A stretch of DNA of 64,000 nt, from NCBI GenBank assembly GCA_963699545.1, contig CAVOUE010000010.1:64001-128000 (forward strand). The letters run 5' to 3'. Shown piece after piece: positions 42,759 through 53,833 of the stretch. Made by a program: the position numbers and the translations under genes. This DNA is from Nitrospirota bacterium. GTDB lineage: Bacteria > Nitrospirota > Thermodesulfovibrionia > Thermodesulfovibrionales > UBA9159. Numbering within the stretch: position 1 is the first letter of the stretch; every line of letters starts with the position of its first letter. The notes under the pieces are model-generated. The model ran no database searches. It was not told the DNA's origin and saw only the letters and a list, made by a program, of their open reading frames with translations.

Positions 42759-42871
42759 GCATACCTCCTCTTCATAAGCTCCACTATTATAAACTTTCAT
42801 CAGCCGTCTGGAAAAGATTTTCCCGCGTGGGGCCCGGGACGGTTCTCCGCCCCTTTCTGACGAGGGATCGG

Positions 42872-43222
42872 TCAGGCAACCAGGACTTCGAGACTCTCTT
42901 GCACCGAAGCCTCTTTGTTCAGCACAAGGTAAAGACCGAGATGGCCTTCGTCGGTATAACCGAACATGATCCTCTCCCGCGTAAGCTCGGATACCGTGTA
43001 TGCAAGGTCCTCCAGCTTCTCGTTCACCTCAGAAAACGTTCTGTCCCTGAGGTCATAGAGTTCGAGGATATCGATGATGTCGTCCAGTTCTCCTGTGTTA
43101 TAAGACTCCAGCAACATCCCGCTGCCCCCGTCCGATGCATTCTTCTCTGCCCTCTCTTTTGCTTTTGTGATCTGATGCCTCAGTCTCTCGAGACAGAGCC
43201 CGTATATTTTCGCTCCTTCCAT
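42872..43222 (-). CDS. Hypothetical protein
   Basis: 116-aa ORF with a GAGGAGG RBS downstream of a sigma54 promoter. Confidence 0.65.
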   Translation of the reverse strand: MEGAKIYGLCLERLRHQITKAKERAEKNASDGGSGMLLESYNTGELDDIIDILELYDLRDRTFSEVNEKLEDLAYTVSELTRERIMFGYTDEGHLGLYLVLNKEASVQESLEVLVA

Positions 43223-43271
43223 CCGTTTCCTCCTCACTTCGGGTTTCCCATAAGGGTACGGACGGGAGAAA

Positions 43272-43287
43272 AGCAATGACCGTGCCA
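43272..43287 (-). promoter_or_regulatory. Sigma-54 -24/-12 promoter
   Basis: TGGCAC-GGTCA-TTGCT matches the TGGCAC-N5-TTGC consensus. Confidence 0.8.
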
Positions 43288-43385
43288 GCCTGAAAAGGCA
43301 TCAAAATAAGGACCTTCCTTCATCGGGGAAAAGGGTGTTGATTAAAGTATTAACATTATGTATAGTAAATATACAATACCTGTCG

Positions 43386-44735
43386 ATGAGAAAGATCGTC
43401 CTGTTCACAAAAGATGCCACTCTGAAGAAAGAGCTCTCCGCCGCTCTCCCGGGAGACTATTCCTTCCCCGCTCAGCTGGCCGGACCGCGTTCCATTGTCC
43501 TCTTCGACATCGACACCATGAGGGCCGGCGACATACGGGAAATGAGCGAGAAGCACTTTGTGGTCGCCGTCACAAAACAGAAAAGGACTGACCAGGTCAT
43601 GGAGGCGGCAACCTTCGGCGCCTATGAGACGGTCCATCGCCCCATGGGAAAGGACGTCCTCCTGAGGCTCCTCGATGAACTGCACGATCTGGGAGAGGAG
43701 ACAAGAACCTTTATCGCGGTCGCGCCTCCCTCATCCGCCGCCACGACCTGTGCGATCGTAGGTCATTCGCCGATCATCATGGATACGTGCAAGAAGCTGG
43801 CGCGGCTCTCGCAGGTGGAGGCCCCTGTGCTCATCACAGGAGAGACCGGGACCGGGAAAGAGCTGGTTGCCGAATCCGTTGCGCAGCTTTCCTCCCGCTT
43901 CGGCAAGCCCTTCGTTGTGGTCAATTGCGCGGCGATGCCCGAAACTCTTCTTGAGTCAGAGCTTTTCGGTTTCGAGAAAGGCTCCTTCACCGGGGCTGTT
44001 GCTGCAAAGGAAGGCATGCTCAAAATCGCCAATGAGGGATGTGTGTTCTTTGATGAGGTGGGAGAACTCCCTCTCTCACTCCAGGGAAAACTGCTCCGGT
44101 TTCTCCAGACACAGACCTTTTATCCCATCGGAAGCACGAGGGAACGCCAGGTGAATGTCCGGGTCATATCAGCCACCAACAGGGATCTGCCTGCCATGGT
44201 CAAGGAAGGGAGATTCAGGGAGGACCTCTATCACCGGCTGTCTGTCACCTCGATCCACATCCCTCCCCTGCGGGAGCGTAAGGGAGATATCCTGCCCCTT
44301 GTTCATTTTTTCGTCAACCGTTACCGGAATACCGCTCCCCGGCCGATCAGGGGTATTACGAAGGCATTCCAGAAGAAGCTCCTCTCCCATGACTGGCCGG
44401 GCAATATCAGGGAGCTCGAGAACATCATCCGTTCTGCTATCGCCCTGAGCAAAACGGAATACCTCACCACCCACGAGCTGAAAGAACTGGGAGACCGTTC
44501 CGCCTCCCGGGGCGGGACAGCGGCTTCCGAAACCCTTTCCTCTGCGTTGATCCCTGCCCTGAGGGAAGCCATAGAAAAAAAAGAGAAAGACATTTTTGGA
44601 ACCATTCATCGCGAGGTGGACAGAACTATCCTTGATTATGTGCTGACGTATACGAGGGAAAATCAGTCCCGTGCCGCACGCCTTCTCGGCATAAACCGCC
44701 TTACGCTGAGGAAGAAAATAGGATTACTACGGTAA
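43386..44735 (+). CDS. Sigma-54 enhancer-binding protein with degenerate receiver domain
   Basis: GETGTGKE, GSFTGA, FFDEVGE, WPGNIRELEN, Fis-HTH. Confidence 0.9.
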   Translation: MRKIVLFTKDATLKKELSAALPGDYSFPAQLAGPRSIVLFDIDTMRAGDIREMSEKHFVVAVTKQKRTDQVMEAATFGAYETVHRPMGKDVLLRLLDELHDLGEETRTFIAVAPPSSAATTCAIVGHSPIIMDTCKKLARLSQVEAPVLITGETGTGKELVAESVAQLSSRFGKPFVVVNCAAMPETLLESELFGFEKGSFTGAVAAKEGMLKIANEGCVFFDEVGELPLSLQGKLLRFLQTQTFYPIGSTRERQVNVRVISATNRDLPAMVKEGRFREDLYHRLSVTSIHIPPLRERKGDILPLVHFFVNRYRNTAPRPIRGITKAFQKKLLSHDWPGNIRELENIIRSAIALSKTEYLTTHELKELGDRSASRGGTAASETLSSALIPALREAIEKKEKDIFGTIHREVDRTILDYVLTYTRENQSRAARLLGINRLTLRKKIGLLR

Positions 44736-44769
44736 CGGGCAGCAGCTCTCTCCCGTGGCTTTCACCTTT

Positions 44770-45846
44770 TCACCTGTGCTTGTCATCGCGGCCAGGCTCT
44801 CTGAGCAGGTTTTCTAACTGCTCGCGGTACTCGGTCAATGCTTCCTCAGCCCGTTTTTGCTCTGTGACATCATGCCATATGGCTTGAAAGACTTTACGGC
44901 CGAACAGATCCAGTACCCGGGTAATGACGCGAACATCTCTTATCTCTCCGTCTTTGGTTTTATGCTTCACTTCGAATTCGGCGCTGCCCTCACTCAACGA
45001 TTCCCTGATCCTGTCCTGTATCTTTTCCGTACTCTCGGGATTAATATCGAAGAGACGGAGCTTTGCGAACTCCTCTCTTGAATAACCAAGCTCACGGCGA
45101 GCCGTTTCATTGAATTCGATTATTTTCCCCTTGGTATCTATGATCAAAATACCGTAAGGGGACTGCTCGAATATTGCACGGTACCGAAGTTCCGTCTCAC
45201 TCTTCTTCATCAATTTGGTAATGTCTTTTGAAACTACACTTACGGCAGCTGTTGCCCGATCCCGTCCCTGGACCGGACTTAAAGTGCGAAGAAAGTACTT
45301 GGCGTCCCGTTGACTTCTGTGTTCTTGCTGTAATGATTCTCCTCTCTCAAACACCGTATATACTTTTTCGCAAAAGGCTTTTGTCTCTTCTGGTGAATGA
45401 AAGTCACCAAAGGCCCTGCCCACATATTCTTCATCAAAGACAAAGCCTAACCTCGATCGATGCTTTGCGTTCAGGAATAAGTACTCGCAATTCCTATTGA
45501 CCAGGTATATTGAATCATCGGTAGCCTCTACAAGGGAACGAAACTTGGCCTCGCTCTCCTGCAGTGCTTCCTCGGACCTGTTAAGGCCTTTGATGTAAGA
45601 TGTCAACGGTTCATAAACAAGAAAATACATTACCGGGAAAAGTATAATTACCATCAGCCCCGCATTCAAGAGTGAAAACTTAATGTCGATGGACAAAGGA
45701 GAGAAAATCGATAAAAAGAGATTAACAAAAGTCGACGACGCGAATATTGAGGCTATGATCACAATGAGAAGACTGATCGGACGAACAAACATCCCTCTGG
45801 ACTTTCTGCTATCTTTCTTCATTTCAATATGTGCGCTAATTCGCAA
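44770..45846 (-). CDS. Membrane-anchored double-PAS protein without output domain
   Basis: 2 TMs, ESEAKFRSLVE PAS1, RYRAIFEQSP PAS2, ends shortly after DVTEQKRAEE. Confidence 0.75.
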   Translation of the reverse strand: MRISAHIEMKKDSRKSRGMFVRPISLLIVIIASIFASSTFVNLFLSIFSPLSIDIKFSLLNAGLMVIILFPVMYFLVYEPLTSYIKGLNRSEEALQESEAKFRSLVEATDDSIYLVNRNCEYLFLNAKHRSRLGFVFDEEYVGRAFGDFHSPEETKAFCEKVYTVFERGESLQQEHRSQRDAKYFLRTLSPVQGRDRATAAVSVVSKDITKLMKKSETELRYRAIFEQSPYGILIIDTKGKIIEFNETARRELGYSREEFAKLRLFDINPESTEKIQDRIRESLSEGSAEFEVKHKTKDGEIRDVRVITRVLDLFGRKVFQAIWHDVTEQKRAEEALTEYREQLENLLREPGRDDKHR

Positions 45847-46020
45847 TAGTATACCATGCAGGCCTTAAGGCAAATACAAACAGATATGTAACCTTCAGTT
45901 CAACAGGCTTTAGGTCGTGCACTCCATAGAGTTCTGACCGAAACACGCACCACGCAAATGTCGCTATTGCTGTTTATTTGCCTTCTATTTCAGGAAGTTA
46001 ACCCTTTTGGCAGCAGAGTG

Positions 46021-46181
46021 AAATAAAAAAGTGGTGCTTGCTTCTTCTCATCTCTCAGCAGTTTGTACAGTTTGAGACATACAGCTTAAGACTCTTACGT
46101 CCTACAACCTACGTCTTGCTACTTTACATCCTTTCGCTGAGCTGAGAAGAGCAAGACCACCACTTTGGTGAGCCACTCTTT
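46021..46181 (-). ncRNA. Candidate structured small RNA/leader
   Basis: Own sigma70 promoter, ~30-bp imperfect long-range stem (46028-46059 with 46136-46166) and a terminal T-run. Confidence 0.45.
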
Positions 46182-46187
46182 AATTTA

Positions 46188-46216
46188 CTTATACGCCTAA
46201 TCAGACCGGTTGTCAA
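46188..46216 (-). promoter_or_regulatory. Sigma-70 promoter
   Basis: TTGACA-N17-TATAAG. Confidence 0.7.
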
Positions 46217-46299
46217 GTCTTTTTTTTGAGGTGTCCGGTGGCAAGGAAATAATGGCGGCATGGTAAGGCAGGAGTTTGAGCCGGAGAGGTATGAACCCC

Positions 46300-46710
46300 C
46301 TATTTTGAACCCTTTTTCTCCGCTACCTGCACCCTGATGGTCGACCTTTCGATGGCTGCTGTCGCCCTGGCAAAATCTATCTTTTCGGCCTGCTTCAGCC
46401 TCTCTTCCGCCCTCTTCATGGCTGCCTTGGCCCTTTCCACATCAATATCTTCAGCCCTTTCGGCACTGTCCGCAAGGATTGTGGCTTTCTCCTGACTCAC
46501 CTCTGCGTACCCCCCGCTCACGAAGAAAAAACCCACCTCGGCGCCCTTCTTGTAGGCAAGCATTCCGACCTTCAGGGCGGTGAGGAACGGCGCATGCCCC
46601 GGCAACACACCGAACTCCCCCTCGCTCCCGGTGGCGGTGAACTCATCCACGTCATCGCCGAACACAAGGCCATAAGGCGTAACTATGTCTAACCTCAGTT
46701 TATCTTCCAT
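46300..46710 (-). CDS. atpC: ATP synthase epsilon
   Basis: [18 protein letters not shown]. Confidence 0.95.
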   Translation of the reverse strand: MEDKLRLDIVTPYGLVFGDDVDEFTATGSEGEFGVLPGHAPFLTALKVGMLAYKKGAEVGFFFVSGGYAEVSQEKATILADSAERAEDIDVERAKAAMKRAEERLKQAEKIDFARATAAIERSTIRVQVAEKKGSK

Positions 46711-46751
46711 TCAATCAACTCCGCACGGTTGTCCGCTTAACAACCCGGTCG

Positions 46752-48197
<1,446 letters not shown>

Positions 48198-48252
48198 TCA
48201 TAGCGCCAAAGTATCGAAGCATGTGCTCGAACTCCTGATACTCTGACACGTA

Positions 48253-49119
48253 CTATTTTAACGCTTCCACACCGCCGACTATGTCCATGAGCTCTTTGGT
48301 GATGGACGCCTGTCTTGCCTTGTTATACTGAAGTGTCAGATTGCCGACCATGTCATCCGCGTTCTTCGTGGCGTTCCCCATTGCGGTCATCCTGGCCGCC
48401 TCTTCCGAAGCCGTGGACTCCAGGAGCGCCCTGAAGATCTGGATCTCAACGTTCTTCGGCAGGAGTGCACTGAATATCTCCTCCTGGGAAGGCTCATAGA
48501 GGAAGTCCTTCGCCGGCTCATCCTCTCCTTCGGCCTCAGGGGATACCAGCGGGAGGAGTCTTTTCACGGTGACCTGCTGGGAGACAACCGATATGAACTC
48601 GTTGTAGATGAGCAATACCTCGTCCGCAGCCTCGCTGATATAGCTCTCGATGATATTAGCGGCGATTTCCTGGGCGTGGGCATAGGTCACCCTCCCGGAA
48701 AGCCCCGTCCATGACCCCCGCACCGGGATGTTCCTCCTCTTGCAAAAATCAACGGCCTTTTTACCGATAACGCTCAAGACCGCTTCAAAATTGTCCGCCC
48801 TCAAATCGGCAACGAGTTTGTGAGCGGTCTTCACGAGGTTCGAATTGAATGCGCCGCAGAGGCCCCTGTCACTGGTAACAACCAGTATCTCGATGGTCTT
48901 CCTCGGCCTGAATGCCAACAGGGGATGCGCCGCGCTTTCCGCACCGACTGCCAGGCTCGTGAGGACGGCATGCATCTTGTCCGCATACGGCCTCATCTCG
49001 AGCATCCTCGTCTGCGACTTCCTCAGTTTCGCGGCCGCCACCATCTTCATGGCCTTGGTGATCTGGCGTGTGTTGTTGACCGCCCTTATCCGTCTCTTGA
49101 TATCCCTTAGTGTCGGCAT
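48253..49119 (-). CDS. atpG: ATP synthase gamma
   Basis: ITKAMKMVAA, DRGLCG, RQASITKE. Confidence 0.97.
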   Translation of the reverse strand: MPTLRDIKRRIRAVNNTRQITKAMKMVAAAKLRKSQTRMLEMRPYADKMHAVLTSLAVGAESAAHPLLAFRPRKTIEILVVTSDRGLCGAFNSNLVKTAHKLVADLRADNFEAVLSVIGKKAVDFCKRRNIPVRGSWTGLSGRVTYAHAQEIAANIIESYISEAADEVLLIYNEFISVVSQQVTVKRLLPLVSPEAEGEDEPAKDFLYEPSQEEIFSALLPKNVEIQIFRALLESTASEEAARMTAMGNATKNADDMVGNLTLQYNKARQASITKELMDIVGGVEALK

Positions 49120-49146
49120 TCAATCACCGCTCATCCTGCATCTGCA

Positions 49147-50655
49147 TTACGCAGTGAACCCTTTCTTGAATTCTTCAACAGCGCTGACGACCTTCGCCTT
49201 CAGGGCGTCATCAATGATCTTCTTTTCCCTGAGTTCCGCCCTGATCGCCTCCCTGTTATCCCGTATGAACCTGAGGAGCCCGTCTTCAAATTTGCCGACG
49301 GCCTCCACGGGAACGTCGTCAAGATATCCGTTGGCCCCTGCGAATAAGACTATGACCTGTTCCTCAAAAGGCAGGGGTGAATACTGGCCCTGTTTCAGGA
49401 GTTCCACCATCCGCTTGCCCCGCTCGATCTGTGCAAGGGTCGATTTGTCGAGGTCTGAGCCGAACTGGGCAAAGGCGGCAAGCTCTCTGAACTGGGCAAG
49501 GTCAAGCCGCAAGGTTCCTGCAACCTGTTTCATCGCCTTGGTCTGGGCAGCGCCGCCGACACGGCTCACCGACAGACCAACGTTGACCGCAGGCCGCACA
49601 CCGGCATAGAAGAGTTCCGGCTCAAGGTATATCTGACCGTCGGTGATGGAGATAACGTTCGTCGGGATATACCCTGACACGTCGCCTGCCTGCGTCTCGA
49701 TGATAGGCAGTGCAGTAAGGGACCCGCCGCCAAGTTCCTTCGAAAGTTTCGCGGACCTCTCGAGAAGCCTCGAATGGAGATAGAAGACATCGCCGGGATA
49801 CGCCTCACGTCCGGGGGGACGCCTGAGAAGCAGGGAAAGCTGCCGGTATGACGTAGCCTGTTTGCTGAGGTCATCATAGACGATCAGCGCATGCTTCCCG
49901 CTGTCCCTGAAATATTCGCCGATGGCGCACCCGGTAAAAGGAGCGATGAACTGGAGAGGGGCGGGTTCACTGGCGGTGGCGGAAACCACGATGGTATGGT
50001 TCATGGCCCCGTTATCCTCAAGAATCTTCACCATGCGGGCAACGTTGGAGCGCTTCTGGCCCACTGCAACGTAGATGCAGATTACATCTCCGCCCTTCTG
50101 GTTGATGATGGCATCGATCCCGATGGCGGTCTTGCCGGTCTGCCGATCGCCGATGATAAGTTCTCTCTGGCCCCTTCCGATGGGGATCATGGAATCGATG
50201 GCCTTAAGCCCCGTCTGAAGGGGTTCTCTCACAGGCTGCCGGTCAACGATACCCGGCGCCACGATATCCACCATCTTTGTTTCGGTGGCCTTTATCGGAC
50301 CTTTTCCGTCAATAGCCTGTCCTATGGCATTCACCACTCTGCCGATGATCGCATCACCCACCGGCACGGACATGATCCTCCCGGTGCGTTTCACAATATC
50401 CCCCTCTTTGATGAGGGAGTCTTCACCGAAAAGAACAGCGCCCACCATGTCTTCTTCCAGGTTCAGGGCCATACCGTACACGCTGTTGGGGAATTCGAGG
50501 AGCTCGGAGGCCATACACTTTTCGAGGCCGTAGACCCTGGCGATACCGTCTCCCACCGATATCACCGAACCGATCTCGCTGACATCCACTTTCTTTTCAA
50601 AGTCCGTTATCTGCTTCCTTAACAGTTCACTTATCTCCGCGACATTAATCTCCAT
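49147..50655 (-). CDS. atpA: ATP synthase alpha
   Basis: [20 protein letters not shown]. Confidence 0.98.
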   Translation of the reverse strand: MEINVAEISELLRKQITDFEKKVDVSEIGSVISVGDGIARVYGLEKCMASELLEFPNSVYGMALNLEEDMVGAVLFGEDSLIKEGDIVKRTGRIMSVPVGDAIIGRVVNAIGQAIDGKGPIKATETKMVDIVAPGIVDRQPVREPLQTGLKAIDSMIPIGRGQRELIIGDRQTGKTAIGIDAIINQKGGDVICIYVAVGQKRSNVARMVKILEDNGAMNHTIVVSATASEPAPLQFIAPFTGCAIGEYFRDSGKHALIVYDDLSKQATSYRQLSLLLRRPPGREAYPGDVFYLHSRLLERSAKLSKELGGGSLTALPIIETQAGDVSGYIPTNVISITDGQIYLEPELFYAGVRPAVNVGLSVSRVGGAAQTKAMKQVAGTLRLDLAQFRELAAFAQFGSDLDKSTLAQIERGKRMVELLKQGQYSPLPFEEQVIVLFAGANGYLDDVPVEAVGKFEDGLLRFIRDNREAIRAELREKKIIDDALKAKVVSAVEEFKKGFTA

Positions 50656-50659
50656 GGAA

Positions 50660-51199
50660 TCACCCCTTTATAAGATCATCTTTTAAGAGCCTCAACTGGC
50701 CTTTTATGCTGCTGTCATACATTGTGCTCCCCACCTTCACCATGATTCCTCCAAGAAGGGAGGGATCCACCACATATTCGATGTCAATCTCTTTACCGGT
50801 CAGTTTCTTCAGCGAAGCCTTCAGGGCTTCGTCATATTTCCTGTTTGTATCGATAGGGGTCACCACTGTCGCCTTCGCCCTTTTCTTCTTTTCAAGGTAC
50901 GCTGCGGTTATAAGGCTGATGAGCTCGGAGAGCGAAGGGATGACCATCTGCTCGGACAGAAAAAGGATAAACTTCACCGTGCTGTCTGAGAGGTTCAGCC
51001 GGGACGATACCTGTTTCATCACTTTTTCCCGCTCCTCCCTGCTAAAGTGGGGGTTTTCCAGTAACCCTCTGAACTCTTTGCTCTTCTCCATGACAGCGTT
51101 TACTGCAATGAGTTCATCAAGCGCCTTTGGCACGGCATCAACGCCCACAGTATTGAAGAACATCTTTGCATATCGTTTCACTGCCTGCTGCCGCTTCAA
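50660..51199 (-). CDS. atpH: ATP synthase delta
   Basis: [20 protein letters not shown]. Confidence 0.93.
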   Translation of the reverse strand: MKRQQAVKRYAKMFFNTVGVDAVPKALDELIAVNAVMEKSKEFRGLLENPHFSREEREKVMKQVSSRLNLSDSTVKFILFLSEQMVIPSLSELISLITAAYLEKKKRAKATVVTPIDTNRKYDEALKASLKKLTGKEIDIEYVVDPSLLGGIMVKVGSTMYDSSIKGQLRLLKDDLIKG

Positions 51200-51837
51200 T
51201 TCTTCGTCTCCATCCTCTTGACGGATTCTTCGATAAGCCTGACCTGCTCTTCTCTGGTAAGCTTCTCCTTCAATTTCTTTTCGGCCAGCTCCATGGCGAT
51301 CTCCACAGCCTCTGCCTTTATCGCTTCCCTGGCAAGCCTCAGCTCGTAATCGATATTGTTCCTGGCCTGCTCAAGGATTTTTGCCTTCATCTGCTCCCCC
51401 TGCTGGACGAGAAGGGTCTGTTCCTTCTCAGCCGAAAGCCGTGTGCGGGAGAGGATCTCTTCCATTTCCTTGTCCTTGAGTTTCAGTCTCTCCTCAACCT
51501 CGGCAAGCGCCTTCTCCGCAAGCTCCTTCGCCTCCCTGGCCTCCTTGAGGGTCTTTTCGATGATTTCAGTCCTCTTCCGCAGAAATTCTTTGAGTGGCTT
51601 ATTCATGAAATAGACGAGGACAGCCACAAGAATCGCGAAATTGAGTATCTTCCAGCGATATTCTTCCCATAGTCCCCCGTGGGCAGCCTCTTCGGCGCCG
51701 AAGGCGAACGCTACCAACGCAAAATGAAAAATGCAAAATACAACAATGAACAACGAGCGATGGGCGATGAGCGACGAGGTCCTTTTCCCGATTTCTTTAC
51801 TGATGGCTGATAGCTGTTCGCTTTTCACTGTCTTCAC
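51196..51837 (-). CDS. atpF: ATP synthase subunit b (with N-terminal extension)
   Basis: WKILNFAILV TM plus coiled coil, operon position. Confidence 0.88.
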   Translation of the reverse strand: MKTVKSEQLSAISKEIGKRTSSLIAHRSLFIVVFCIFHFALVAFAFGAEEAAHGGLWEEYRWKILNFAILVAVLVYFMNKPLKEFLRKRTEIIEKTLKEAREAKELAEKALAEVEERLKLKDKEMEEILSRTRLSAEKEQTLLVQQGEQMKAKILEQARNNIDYELRLAREAIKAEAVEIAMELAEKKLKEKLTREEQVRLIEESVKRMETKN

Positions 51838-52253
51838 GCTCCCACCAGCTTTTTCACGATCTCGTCTGAGAATTTCTCGACATCCGAGCGAAGTTTCTGC
51901 CGGGCATTGTCAGCCTCCGTCTTTAATTCCGCCTTTGCCCTCTGGATGTGTTCGTGAGCCTGCTTGTTGGCACTTTCCAGGATCTCCTTCTGGCGCAGCA
52001 GCCCTTCTTTCCTTGAGGCTTCAAATATCTCATTGGACTTGTTTGCCGCTTCCTTGAGTTCACGGCTCACGGTCGCCAGGGCATCCTCTTTTCTTTGGTT
52101 CATCTCCCTGGCCGCATCCAGGGACCCCTTGATCGAATCTTCCCTTTCAGTGAAGAGTTTCACGAGAGGTTTGAACAGGATTATGTTGAGGACATAGAGC
52201 AGGACAAGAAAATTCAGGAGCAAGACAAAAAACCATTTGTTGAGCTCTAACAT
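51834..52253 (-). CDS. ATP synthase subunit b'
   Basis: LLNFLVLLYVLNIILFKP TM plus coiled coil. Confidence 0.85.
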   Translation of the reverse strand: MLELNKWFFVLLLNFLVLLYVLNIILFKPLVKLFTEREDSIKGSLDAAREMNQRKEDALATVSRELKEAANKSNEIFEASRKEGLLRQKEILESANKQAHEHIQRAKAELKTEADNARQKLRSDVEKFSDEIVKKLVGA

Positions 52254-52469
52254 CTCGGCTTTTCCCTCCTTGAAAGTGTGAGCCTAAGCAGGTTATCACA
52301 TGAGCAAAAACCTTGTCAAGGAGCATTTCTGCAGGAAAGTGATCATGATGCATTCTCCGCTGCATCCGCAAACCCCTTCCAATGGCCGCTTTCTGAAATT
52401 ATAAACAGAACATAACTGCTGATTAAAAACTTTAATGAAACTTGTGCTAGCATATTGAAGGAAAAAGCG

Positions 52470-53639
52470 ATGTTCTCTCAAAGGCTTCAGGAATTCTACC
52501 AGCAGGGGCTCAACCGCCTCATAAAAGACCGCTCTTCCGTGCAAAGTGCGAAGATATGTCTTGACGGCAGAGAACTGATCAATTTTGCCTCCAATGATTA
52601 TCTCGGTCTTGCAAACCATCCGGAGATCGTAAGGGCTGCCGCGGAGTCCATGAAGGAATTCGGTTTCGGCAGCGGCGCGTCACGACTGCTGGGGGGCGGG
52701 AGCATCCTTCACAGGGATCTGGAAAGGAAGATAGCGCAGTTCAAGGGCACAGAAGCTGCGCTGACCTTCAACAGCGGTTATGCCGCCAATACAGGGATGA
52801 TCCCTGCCCTGGTTGGAGAAGGGGATATAGTTTTGAGCGACGAGTTGAATCATGCCAGCATCATAGATGGCTGTAGATTGAGCCGCGCCAGGACGCTGCT
52901 CTATAAGCACAGGGACGTAAACCATCTGGAGAAGTTGATGAAGGGATCTCCGATGGCCAAAGGAGGGAGACGTATCATCGTGACCGACACCGTCTTCAGC
53001 ATGGACGGCGACATTGCTCCGGTAAGAGAAATATATGACCTTTGTCTTTCTTTAAACTCCGAACTCGCAACTCCGAACTCCGTACTTCTCTATCTGGACG
53101 ACGCCCACGGGACAGGTGTCCTGGGAAACGGGAAAGGTGCGCTCGCGCATTTCGGCATCGAACCTGAGCCGTGGATCATCCAGATGGGAACATGCTCTAA
53201 AGCCCTGGGCTCCCTCGGCGCCTTTATCGCAGGCAGCAGGCATGTCATCGAATGGGCGATCAATACGGCGAGAAGTTTCATCTTTTCTACCACGATCCCG
53301 GCATGTGCTGTTGCCGCTTCTCTCAAAGCATTGGAGCTCATCGAGCAGAGACCCGAAATGATCCGGAAACTGTGGAGGAATCGCACAATACTGGTTGAAG
53401 CTCTAAGGGAAATGGGCTTCGACTTAGGAAAGACTGAAACTCCCATCATCCCTTTGAAGATGACAAGCGTCGAGGACGCATTGAACCTTTCGCGCTCTTT
53501 ATACGAGAAAGGTATCTATGCACCCGCCATACGCCCGCCCACAGTGAAGCAACCGAGGGTGAGGATCACGGTCACAGCAGCACATTCAGAGGAGGACATC
53601 CGGGCACTTGTGGAGACACTGGAAAGCGTTCAGGGATGA
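52470..53639 (+). CDS. bioF: 8-amino-7-oxononanoate synthase
   Basis: FASNDYLGL, LNHASIIDG, FSMDGD, DDAHG, SKALG. Confidence 0.9.
   Translation: MFSQRLQEFYQQGLNRLIKDRSSVQSAKICLDGRELINFASNDYLGLANHPEIVRAAAESMKEFGFGSGASRLLGGGSILHRDLERKIAQFKGTEAALTFNSGYAANTGMIPALVGEGDIVLSDELNHASIIDGCRLSRARTLLYKHRDVNHLEKLMKGSPMAKGGRRIIVTDTVFSMDGDIAPVREIYDLCLSLNSELATPNSVLLYLDDAHGTGVLGNGKGALAHFGIEPEPWIIQMGTCSKALGSLGAFIAGSRHVIEWAINTARSFIFSTTIPACAVAASLKALELIEQRPEMIRKLWRNRTILVEALREMGFDLGKTETPIIPLKMTSVEDALNLSRSLYEKGIYAPAIRPPTVKQPRVRITVTAAHSEEDIRALVETLESVQG
53052..53086 (+). repeat. Heptamer tandem repeat inside bioF
   Basis: TTAAACT CCGAACT CGCAACT CCGAACT CCGTACT. Confidence 0.75.
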
Positions 53640-53731
53640 TTCCATCAATTGCGGATTCTTTCCTGTGAGAGCTGTAGACCAAGCGTTCTATGGAACAACT
53701 CACTTCCCTCCTTGCGCGTATTTCATAATAA

Positions 53732-53759
53732 AGCAGGCGAGTCAAAAGCCTCGCCTGCT
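53732..53759. terminator. Hairpin between convergent bioF and ccp
   Basis: AGCAGGCGAG/CTCGCCTGCT. Confidence 0.55.
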
Positions 53760-53833
53760 CATGACGACTGATAAGCTCATTGATGGATCTCTAACCGTCC
53801 ATGATACTCCTGCTCTTCTCACTCACCGGCTGT

